In this document: positions 23,501 to 35,500 of the stretch, one piece after another
Numbering within the stretch: the stretch's first letter is position 1
Layout of the letters: each line of letters begins with the position of its first letter
NCBI GenBank assembly: GCA_032718475.1
Contig: JAUCBJ010007572.1
Coordinates: forward strand, 1-64,000
Origin: Nemertoderma westbladi
Lineage: Eukaryota; Animalia; Xenacoelomorpha
Reading direction: 5' to 3'
Length of the DNA stretch: 64,000 nt
Notes under the pieces: generated by a model
Told to the model about the DNA's origin: nothing
The model's input: only the letters and a program-made list of their open reading frames with translations
Database searches by the model: none
Made by a program: the position numbers and the translations under genes

Positions 23501-26500
23501 TTAGTTGATCAACACCACCGTTTTTCGGCGGTGTACATAGATTTTAGTTCATCAACACCGCCGTTTTTCGGCGGTTTACATAGATTTTAGTTGATCAGCA
23601 CCGTCGTTTTTCGGCGGTTTACATAGATTTTAGTTGATCAACGCCGCCGTTTTTCGGCGGTGTACGTACATAGATTTTAGTTGATCAACACCACCGTTTT
23701 TCGGAGGTTTACATAGATTTTAGTTGATCAACGCCGCCGTTTTTCGGCGGTGTACGTACATAGATTTTAGTTGATCAACACCACCGTTTTTCGGCGGTGT
23801 ACATAGATTTTAGTTCATCAACACCGCCGTTTTTCGGCGGTTTACATAGATTTTAGTTGATCAGCACCGTCGTTTTTCGGCGGTTTACATAGATTTTAGT
23901 TGATCAACGCCGCCGTTTTTCGGCGGTGTACGTACATAGATTTTAGTTGATCAACACCACCGTTTTTCGGAGGTTTACATAGATTTTAGTTGATCAACGC
24001 CGCCGTTTTTCGGCGGTGTACGTACATAGATTTTAGTTGATCAACACCACCGTTTTTCGGCGGTGTACATAGATTTTAGTTCATCAACACCGCCGTTTTT
24101 CGGCGGTTTACATAGATTTTAGTTGATCAGCACCGTCGTTTTTCGGCGGTTTACATAGATTTTAGTTGATCAACGCCGCCGTTTTTCGGCGGTGTACGTA
24201 CATAGATTTTAGTTGATCAACACCACCGTTTTTCGGAGGTTTACATAGATTTTAGTTGATCAACGCCGCCGTTTTTCGGCGGTGTACGTACATAGATTTT
24301 AGTTGATCAGCACCGCCGTTTTTCGGAGGTTTACATAGATTTTAGTTGATCAACGCCGCCGTTTTTCGGCGGTGTACGTACATAGATTTTAGTTGATCAA
24401 CACCACCGTTTTTCGGCGGTGTACATAGATTTTAGTTCATCAACACCGCCGTTTTTCGGCGGTTTACATAGATTTTAGTTGATCAGCACCGTCGTTTTTC
24501 GGCGGTTTACATAGATTTTAGTTGATCAACACCGCCGTTTTTCGGCGGTGTACGTACATAGATTTTAGTTGATCAACACCGCCGTTTTTCGGCGGTGTAC
24601 ATAGATTTTAGTTGATCAACGCCGCCGTTTTTCGGCGGTGTACGTACATAGATTTTAGTTCATCAACACCGCCGTTTTTCGGAGGTTTACATAGATTTTA
24701 GTTGATCAACGCCGCCGTTTTTCGGCGGTGTACGTACATAGATTTTAGTTGATCAGCACCGTCGTTTTTCGGCGGTTTACATAGATTTTAGTTGATCAAC
24801 GCCGCCGTTTTTCGGCGGTGTACGTACATAGATTTTAGTTGATCAACACCGCCGTTTTTCGGCGGTGTACATAGATTTTAGTTGATCAACGCCGCCGTTT
24901 TTCGGCGGTGTACGTACATAGATTTTAGTTGATCAACACCGCCGTTTTTCGGCGGTGTACATAGATTTTAGTTCATCAACACCGCCGTTTTTCGGAGGTT
25001 TACATAGATTTTAGTTCATCAACACCGCCGTTTTCGGCGGTTTACATAGATTTTAGTTGATCAACGCCGCCGTTTTTCGGCGGTGTACGTACATAGATTT
25101 TAGTTGATCAACACCGCCGTTTTTCGGCGGTGTACGTACATAGATTTTAGTTCATCAACACCACCGTTTTTCGGAGGTTTACATAGATTTTAGTTCATCA
25201 ACACCGCCGTTTTTCGGCGGTTTACATAGATTTTAGTTCATCAACACCGCCGTTTTTCGGCGGTTTACATAGATTTTAGTTGATCAACACCACCGTTTTT
25301 CGGCGGTTTACATAGATTTTAGTTCATCAACACCGCCGTTTTTCGGCGGTTTACATAGATTTTAGTTCATCAACACCGCCGTTTTTCGGCGGTTTACATA
25401 GATTTTAGTTCATCAACACCGCCGTTTTTCGGCGGTTTACATAGATTTTAGTTCATCAACACCGCCGTTTTTCGGCGGTTTACATAGATTTTAGTTCATC
25501 AACACCGCCGTTTTTCGGCGGTTTACATAGATTTTAGTTCATCAACACCGCCGTTTTTCGGCGGTTTACATAGATTTTAGTTCATCAACACCACCGTTTT
25601 TCGGCGGTTTACATAGATTTTAGTTCATCAACACCGCCGTTTTTCGGCGGTTTACATAGATTTTAGTTCATCAACACCGCCGTTTTTCGGCGGTTTACAT
25701 AGATTTTAGTTCATCAACACCGCCGTTTTTCGGAGGTTTACATAGATTTTAGTTCATCAACACCGCCGTTTTTCGGCGGTTTACATAGATTTTAGTTCAT
25801 CAACACCACCGTTTTTTGGCGGTTTACATAGATTTTAGTTCATCAACACCGCCGTTTTTCGGAGGTTTACATAGATTTTAGTTCATCAACACCGCCGTTT
25901 TTCGGAGGTTTACATAGATTTTAGTTCATCAACACCGCCGTTTTTCGGCGGTTTACATAGATTTTAGTTCATCAACACCACCGTTTTTCGGCGGTTTACA
26001 TAGATTTTAGTTCATCAACACCGCCGTTTTTCGGAGGTTTACATAGATTTTAGTTCATCAACACCACCGTTTTTCGGCGGTTTACATAGATTTTAGTTCA
26101 TCAACACCGCCGTTTTTCGGAGGTTTACATAGATTTTAGTTCATCAACACCACCGTTTTTCGGCGGTTTACATAGATTTTAGTTCATCAACACCGCCGTT
26201 TTTCGGCGGTTTACATAGATTTTAGTTCATCAACACCGCCGTTTTTCGGCGGTGTACATAGATTTTAGTTCATCAACACCGCCGTTTTTCGGCGGTTTAC
26301 ATAGATTTTAGTTCATCAACACCACCGTTTTTCGGCGGTTTACATAGATTTTAGTTGATCAACACCGCCGTTTTTCGGCGGTGTACATAGATTTTAGTTC
26401 ATCAACACCGCCGTTTTTCGGCGGTTTACATAGATTTTAGTTCATCAACACCACCGTTTTTCGGCGGTGTACATATATTTTAGTTGATCAACACCGCCGT

Positions 26501-29500
26501 TTTTCGGCGGTGTACATATATTTTAGTTGATCAACACCGCCGTTTTTCGGCGGTGTACATATATTTTAGTAGTCTTTGCCGTTATTAGTAGTAAGAAGGT
26601 TACTGACGCTTTTTGTGTGAAAAGTTCGTGTTGACCGGTTTTTTTTAAGTGAGAGTCCACGATGAAGCAGATTTCGCAGATCAGTTTGTGGCACTTGATT
26701 GTATTTGATTGTACTGATGTATGATTGATTGATGTTTGTTATGGTTTCCTAAGATTATACTATATTGAATAGAGTAGAAATCCTTGCTATCAAGCTACTC
26801 CAAGTGTTATTCTCCTTCAACTTGCATGGCTTTTTATTTTGCTTGATTGTGGGCTACAGTCACAATTATATCTTTGTTCTTTTTTGGTGTTGTCTTCGTT
26901 CTGCCTACTTTCACTCGCAATGGAGATAATACAGTTGACTATTTGGTTGAATCTGCTAAACCTCTCTCTGCAAGAAATAGCCATACTGACTGGTCTGGCA
27001 GATTCGCCAGCTGCATTCTGCAAATATAATATATGACAAACTTTTCCTTTGCCCAGGGCTTCAGTGTGCTTAAATAGATGCAAAACATATTCCTTCTGTT
27101 CATTTCATGTTGTTTTCTTTTCTTGAACTCCGGCAAACTTTTGTGTATCAGGGGTACTTCTTCCAGATAGGGGGGGGGGGGGGGGGGGGGGGGGGGGAAT
27201 AAAACTGTAACATAAAAGGGCAATTCCGCGAAAAGGTCACCCTACTACCAAAAATTTAAATGATTCAATGATACATATGATGGGTGTTAAAGTAAACCAG
27301 ATATCCCAAATTGTTGGAAAAACTCACACTGACCCCAATATATTTATGTAACTTCAAAAAAATAGGACTGAATAAGAAGTAAATAGATCATATTGAAAAT
27401 TTATTCAAATATTTTTGCAATTATCTACACCTCGTGGGGACAAGGAAAAAATAAAACAACCAATTACTGACAGAAAAACTAATGGAGTTACAGTGTCAGA
27501 GATTTGGAGATTTAATATAGGGTATAATGTTCTACTATGCGGTTGTAATAGACCAAGTCAGAAATTACGTCCGTTACGGAAGAGGAAGGGGTGATGTATT
27601 AAACTCATCACTTTCTGTGCAAAGCAGATTTATTGTCTAGTAACTTGAGACAAAAAACTAACATCAATGCGGTAAAAGTCTTTGTTGTGTATTTATCGTA
27701 ACGGACGTAATTTCTGTAGAATTATGTTTAAGCGAGGAAATTGATACAATGGCAATTACCGGTCCTGTGGTGTTTTTAGGCATTATTGAGGACTGTTGAA
27801 TATAAATTAAGTGAATCAGAACATAAATAACAATAATTAATGCATTATAATTGCATTATAATGCATTGCAATTAATTGCAATAATTTTAGTTTCCCGAGA
27901 CAGATTGATTTTCGTTTAAGTTTTCTGTGATTTAAACCCTTAACATTGTATCCTCTCATTTTTGTACTCCGGTTGGACCTGCATTCCGATTCCACCATAT
28001 AAATGTTACCAATAGCAATAAGTTTAATGTATTAGGCTTATCATAAAACAAAAACCATGCTAAAATTGGAAGTATTTCATAAAATAGGTACCAGTGGTTG
28101 GTTTTAGAGCAGTAACCATCTAATGGGGAGAAGGAATAAATATAATACCTAATTACTGACAGAAAAACTAATTGAGATACAGTGAAGAAACTTTGGTGAC
28201 TTCAAATATAGGGTATCATGTTCTACTATGTGGTAGTAAATAGACCAAGTTAAAAATTACGTCCGTTACGGAAGAGGAAGGCTGTATTCGACTCATTGCT
28301 TTCAGTGCAATTGTGCAAAGCAGACTTATTGTCAATACTTATTAATTGTCTTGTAACTTTAGACAAAAAACTAACAACATTGCAGTAAGTCTTTGCTGTG
28401 TATTTATCGTAACGAACGTAAATAGTAGCAATAGAGCAGTGACCATCTCCTACACTCTGCAAACAGCGCTACAGCCCTGTAATTTCTCCAATTATGTTGG
28501 TTGCTGGTTTGTTTTTGGCTATTAACAGCCTAACCTGAAGGATTGGTTACTTATATTGTGTTACTGATAGTAAGGCTGCCTTAATTGTCTTTATGCCAAA
28601 ATTTAGCTCTTCTGCACCTCTGGACTTCTTTTTATCCAAAATACTATATTGAAAAATATTCAGTGCGACTTAAGTAGTGGATTTGCACACTTCTTTAGTT
28701 GAAAACATCAATTTACACGCAATTGAAAGTAACACCATGTAACATAATTGCACAGTTACGTCCGTTACAGGAGATGGTTACGTCCGTTACGAAAATCAAT
28801 TTCAAACTGTATGAAAACCAGTGGTCAGTAGCCCTAAATTGTTTTATTAATATGTTCGGCATATATTCTGCAATCATTACTAAGAAGGGTTTGTCAGAAC
28901 ATTGCTTCAATTCGCACGAATATTGATGAGAACATAGCTACCTCAGAAATTCCATTTTGTGCGATTACGTCCGTTACAGGTGTATTAGCTTGCCCTATAA
29001 GCACATGCAATTATTTAATAATAATCTGGGGTATTTACGTTATAGTACCAGTGGTCCAGCAACACCACACAAAATATTTATAAAAAATACTCAGTGGTGT
29101 TCGCAGTGGAGGCCTTTAAACTCTGTGATAGTTATGTCCGTTACCGTGGAAATGCCCAAAACTGTAAACTGTTATATTGTGTTTAGTTTATTGTTTTGGT
29201 TAAAATAACGTGCCACTGTAAACTGCTCCTTTCCCTAAATTAAGAATTTAACATTGAGGCGGAATATATATTCGCCAAGGCGGGTTTTTCGTCCAGTTCC
29301 CCCCCCCCCCCCCCCCCCCCCTGTCTCACTTCTTCTCGATTTATTGCACTTCTATGCAGTGCCTCTTGTCTCCATTTTTCACTTCTTTGCAGTGCCTCTT
29401 GTCTCCATTTTTCACTTCTTTGCAGTGCCTCTTGTCTCCATTTTTATCTTCTTTGCAGTGCCTCTTGTCTCCATTTTTCACTTCTTTGCAGTGCCTCTTG

Positions 29501-32500
29501 TCTCCATTTTTCACTTCTTTGCAGTGCCTCTTGTCTCCATTTTTCACTTCTTTGCAGTGCCTCTTGTCTCCATTTTTCACTTCTTTGCAGTGCCTCTTGT
29601 CTCCATTTTTCACTTCTTTGCAATGCATCTTGTCTCCATTTTTACTTCTTTGCAGTGCCTCTTGTCTCCATTTTTCACATTCTAAATAATCTAGAATATC
29701 TATGTTCCTCTGCGCTCTTTGTCGTTGACAACCAAGATACCTGATGTGTTTGTAAGTATTCAGGCACCTCTAGTAGTTTCCTTTGCATCTTTCCTGTTCC
29801 AAATGATTTGCAAGGCTGTTGCCTCCATGTTCATGTCCTCCGCTTTGCAGGACATTGCTTTCGGAGGACCAACCAGTGCATAATCTTGTGCTTTGGCGGC
29901 TTCATGAAGTGAATAAGCATGGTGAACAGCCCATGACTTTCTTGAGACACTCTTAAAGGGCATGGTTGGATAATTCTGCGAAAAATAATTTAATACTATT
30001 TATTTATACCACATCATTATATGTGGTTGTTTTAATTACCGCTGTATTTTAACGTTTATCTGTTCTAATAGGAAGAAACTCAACTCTATGACAGACATCG
30101 AACGGGAAACTGAGTTGTTTAACAGAATGGAACGGCGTGCCGCCCTAAAGACACGTTACGAGATCGAAAAGAAACTCAAAGAAACTAAACGGTTACAGAA
30201 GAAGAGAGATGCGAGTAAACGCAAACCAATCGCCGTGAAGAGTAACAGGAGTAATCAACGGAAGAAAAGTAGTGCGCGGGAAGCTGTGGTGTCCACGGAC
30301 CCAAAGCAGAGGGCTGCTAGTAGGAGACAGGCACTGGACCAAGTGGTAAGTGTCAACCTACCTCGATAGAGAACAGTGGGAGACAGGGGTTGGACCAAGT
30401 GGTAAGTGTCAACGTTTCTCTGTTGAGAATAGTCGTAGATAATTTTTCGGGTTTCACCAAAAATAAAACTGCTCGCTCCCCGCCCTATGTTTATTCGTCG
30501 GTCCATCAAAATTTGTAACTACTACGGATTGAGTACTACTAGGATCCAGTCTAGTCATAAGGCGCAGAAAGAGTCCCGACTCAAACAGACTACAGCGGCC
30601 AAGAATGCAGTTAAGGCTGCATCTAGGTCCCTGAACAGGCAGTACTCTGCTAATCTACAGGAGCTAATAAACCAACAGGTTGATGCCATCAATGATGCTG
30701 ACGACAGCAGGCAATCATCCCAGGCATGGAAATCAATCAATCTGCTTACTGGGCGGAAAAGCCAACCAACCACCAAGGTTAAGGCTGAATCACCAGCCGA
30801 TCGCCTCAATGGTTGGAAAGCCCACTTTGAAAAGCTCCTCAATAATGACAGGGTATTGCCTGATAACTTTATAGAAGTAAAAGTGTCTGAGTCTGTACTC
30901 CCTGATATTCCCATTGGCGATATCTCCTTTGCAGAAGTGAAGGTTGCTGCAAAGAGCATTAAGACCAATCGTGCCAGTGGAGTAGATGGTGTTCCCCCTG
31001 AGGTCTTTAAAATACCTGAGTGTTTAAAGCTCATCATAGTAGACATGTACCGAACAACAAGAGTCCCACAAGAAATGAAAACTAACACTCTATGGTTCTT
31101 TTCGGGGAATCTCATTGATCTCGATGGCTGCAAAGCTATACAATAGAATTCTATTAAATCGCATCAGGGATCCCATTGAGAGACTGCTACGTGGAAATCA
31201 GAATGGGTTCCGTAAAGGTCGTGGGACCATGGAGCCCATTTTGGCACTTAGAAGGATAATTGAAGAGTTATCAAAAAAGAAAGACAGGCATCTGGCTGTT
31301 ATCTTTGTTGACTTCTTCAAGGCCTTTGATTCAGTCTCTCGCTCACGTATGTTCAGCATACTTTCATTATATGGGATTCCTGATGAAATTATAGCAGCAA
31401 TCAGATCAGTATACGATGGTTCGACAACATTTGTGTCTACTGTTGATGGTAACACAGAACCATTTGAAGTGTTATGGGGCGTCCTCCAAGGAGACACACT
31501 TGCACCATTCTTGTTCATTATTGTGGTTGACTATGTTCTACGCATGTCCTTAGATCATTATAATGATGATGGGGTGATGATAACTCCACCAACTGGCTCC
31601 AGAAGGCGAGGAAATCCTGCCAAGTACCTAACTGATCTAGACTTTGCTGATGACTTAGGAGTACTCTCAGAATCATTAGAGGGAACCCAACGGCTCCTCA
31701 GCTCATTAGAACAGGCTGCTTCTAGGCTTGAATAGGCTTTCCAGGATTTGGAAGTCACCTAGAATTAATCGGAAACTTAAGGTCCGATTATTTAGAGCAG
31801 CAGTAGTTCCAGTACTCCTCTACGGGAGTCCATGCTGGGCTCTAACTGCTGAGGACACCAAATCTCTGGATGGCACATTCACAAGAATGCTACGCCGGGT
31901 TCATTGTGTCAAGTACAATGCACACATCTCCAACCAGACACTATATAACATTGGAGGTGTCTCATTGGTTCCCCCAAGCTTGACACTAGAACAAAATCGC
32001 CTCCGCTTTGCAGGACATTGCTTTCGCCGTGAGGACCAGCCAGTGCATAATCTTGTACTTTGGCAGCCTCATGGAGTGAATAAGCATGGTGGACAGCCCA
32101 TGACTTTCTTGAGACGCATCTTAAAGGACACTGGCCTTGAAGATGCGGATGATCTAGCAAATGTCATGGGTGATAGGGAGTTGTGGCGGTGCAATTTTGT
32201 TGACAAGCCGGCACAGCATTCTTAAAAATGCAGCTGCAATGCAGCATGCCGATCCTAGTAGTAGTAGTAGTAGTAGTACTACTAGGATTCAGTCTAGGTT
32301 CCACCTTGGTGTAGTGGTTGCATTGAATTCACATCTCCCGTAGGTCGTTGGTTCGATCCTCACATGGGCCATGGTAGTTTTCGTTTCGGCACGAATGCTT
32401 TAAAGGGACCAGCCAGGGCGCATCTCTCTGCCTTGCTTCCTTAAGTGGTAGCTAAATGAGTACTGGAGTTTCCTCTGGGGAGTATAGTTCTGGGGGGACC

Positions 32501-35500
32501 ACACTGGAAATAAGTCGTCAGACTTTGTGCGTAATCTCTGGCCTAGCGGCAGAATAAAATTTACTTTACTTTTTTTAGCATACTTGCCTCTCTCCATAAT
32601 CACACTCCCACTTTACACAGAACCCAATGAGATTATAATTCATGCCAAATAATAATTAATTTGACCTTATGTTTATATATGCGGAATAATGAATTAGTAA
32701 CTGAATTAAAATTCAATTGTAAAAGCAAAAGGTATATACATTCCATCTTATTTGCGGTATCATTATTGCAGCAAAAGAAAGATAAGAAGAGTCAGGCGTT
32801 GGAAGATCTAATGGCAGCGAGAGAAAAGAAGAAAGAGAAAGAGCAAGTCCAACAACAGAAACACAAACTGAAAGCTGCTGATGTGTTTAGTGATGACGAT
32901 GAGGATGAGGCCCCCGCTAACGCTGTCCAACCGGAAGTGGTCCCAGACGACAAGGACGACAGCAGCAGTGGTAGTAAAAGCACTGACGTCGATTCGGATA
33001 GCGACACTGGTGATGCAGAGACGGAGGCCGAAATCACTTACATCGAGAACAAGGAGCAGTTGTGTAAAATTCGACTCTCCAGGTAAATACGTGTTCCTAA
33101 TTCACTTGTCAATACTTTTTGTAACTCAGAAAATATTAAACAAAATCACATCATTTTGATTTCATTAACGAATAGGGCTTGATTTTGTCAAACTTTCTCC
33201 TCCAACATTACCAATGTTGGAGTTACCAATGCATTACTACCGTAATGCGGATTGTACACTATTTCTGTCCAAGCCGCCGGGGCCATAAACGAATGAATTT
33301 GTTTGGCCAGTATAAATATTTTCTGTACGTTTTTTGTAATATTAATTTATAATAATAATTATCAAATATGTCATTAAGATTTTGTATTTAACAACTCTGG
33401 CAATTGAATGAGAAAATTAATTCTCCACCGACCGGAATTTTTTCGCTTCAATTGAATTAAATGAGCGAAACAACAGATTTCTCTTTTATTTTACTTTTAA
33501 ACTTTCCCGATAAATTTGATACATTTATTTTGCAACAATTTTCTAACTAACTAATAGATTCACGCATGTATTTATTAAACGTTTTATATTTTGCGTGGTC
33601 TATTTCAGACACAAACTCGAGCGTTGGTGTCACGCCCCGTTCTTCTCCAAGGCGGTGGTCGGCTGCTTCGTGCGCATCGGGATCGGACGTAACGACGAAC
33701 GGCCGGTCTACCGGGTCGCCGAGGTAACCCAGGTCGTTGAGACCGCGAAGATCTACCAACTCGGTTCGACCCGCACCAACCGGGGTCTGCGACTGAAACA
33801 CGGCGCTCAGGAACGCGTCTTCCGTTTGGAGTTTGTCTCCAACCAGGACTTTACCGACTCAGAGTTCAAGAAATGGCGGGAAACAATGACAGCCAATGGG
33901 CTGTCCGCGCCGAGTACACAGTTCGTTGCTAAGAAACAGCGGGAGATGGACGAGATGATGGTTTACGAATACAACGAAGGTGATATCGACTCGATCGTTA
34001 AGGAGAGGGAACGTTTCCGTAGAAACCCGAGGAATTATGCCATGAAGAAGACCGAATTGATGAGATCAAAGGAAGTCGCAGAGATGAACGGCGATCTCAC
34101 CGCGTTGCGAAGCGTTAATGAGAAACTACACGACTTGGAAGAGAGAGCGGAACTGTTAGACAAAACTAGGTTAGTGTTACAGAGAAACTACACGACTTGG
34201 AAGAGAGAGCGGAGCTGTTAGACAAAACTAGGTTAGTGTTACAGAGAAACTGGAAGAGAGAGAGAGAGTTGATCTGTTAGACAAAAGCTAGGTTAGGGAT
34301 ACAGAGAAACTACACGACTTGGAAGAGAGAGCGGAGCTGTTAGACAAAACTAGGTTAGTGTTACAGAGAAACTGGAAGAGATAGAGAGAGTTGATCTGTT
34401 AGACAAAAGCTAGGTTAGGGATACAGAGAAACTACACGACTTGGAAGAGAGAGCGGAGCTGTTAGACAAAACTAGGTTAGTGTTACAGAGAAACTGGAAG
34501 AGTGAGAGAGTTGAACTGTTAGACAAAAGCTAGGTCAGTGTTACAGAGAAACTACACGACTTGGTAGAGAGAGCGGAACTGTTAGACAAAACCAGGTTAG
34601 TGTTACAGAGAAACTACACGACTTGGAAGAGAGAGCGGAACTGTTAGACAAAACTAGGTTAGTGTTACAGAGAAACTACACGACTTGGAAGAGAGAGCGG
34701 AGCTGTTAGACAAAACTAGGTTAGTGTTACAGAGAAACTGGAAGAGAGAGAGAGTTGATCTGTTAGACAAAAGCTAGGTCAGTGTTACAGAGAAACTAAA
34801 CGACTTGGAAGAGAGAGCGGAACTGTTAGACAAAACTAGGTTAGTGTTACAGAGAAACTACACGACTTGGAAGAGAGAGCGGAGCTGTTAGACAAAACTA
34901 GGTTAGTGTTACAGAGAAACTGGAAGAGTGAGAGAGTTGAGCTGTTAGTCAAAAGCTAGGTTAGGGTTACAGAGAAACTACACGACTTGGAAGAGAGAGC
35001 GGAGCTGTTAGACAAAACTAGGTTAGTGTTACAGAGAAACTACACGACTTGTAAGAGAGAGCGGAGCTGTTAGACAAAACTAGGTTAGTGTTACAGAGAA
35101 ACTGGAAGAGTGAGAGAGTTGATCTGTTAGACACAAGCTAGGTTAGGGTTACAGAGAAACTAAACGACTTGGAAGAGAGAGCGGAGCTGTTAGACAAAAC
35201 TAGGTTAGTGTTACAGAGAAACTACACGACTTGTAAGAGAGAGCGGAGCTGTTAGACAAAACTAGGTTAGTGTTACAGAGAAACTGGAAGAGTGAGAGAG
35301 TTGATCTGTTAGACACAAGCTAGGTTAGGGTTACAGAGAAACTAAACGACTTGGAAGAGAGAGCGGAGCTGTTAGACAAAACTAGGTTAGTGTTACAGAG
35401 AAACTGGAAGAGTGAGAGAGTTGATCTGTTAGACAAAAGCTAGGTTAGGGTTACAGAGAAACTGGAAGAGTGAGAGAGTTGATCTGTTAGACAAAAGCTA

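Noticed and set aside
22234-26570. CRISPR-like array of palindromic repeats
   Set aside because: No unique spacers, units are contiguous, no cas genes, and the context is a eukaryotic intron.
22234-26570. Hammerhead in the satellite minus strand (TTGATGA...GAAA)
   Set aside because: The core lacks the C of CUGAUGA and no stem II can form between the motifs.
26817-27223. Possible degenerate transposase ORFs
   Set aside because: No recognisable catalytic motif; one ORF depends on a poly-G tract.
29254-29689. Hydrophobic or Cys-His repeat ORFs
   Set aside because: Translations of the 33-bp minisatellite and a poly-C tract.
32305-32375. tRNA gene
   Set aside because: A and B boxes are present but there is no consistent acceptor or anticodon stem. 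Treated as a SINE head, as is ~8115-8187.
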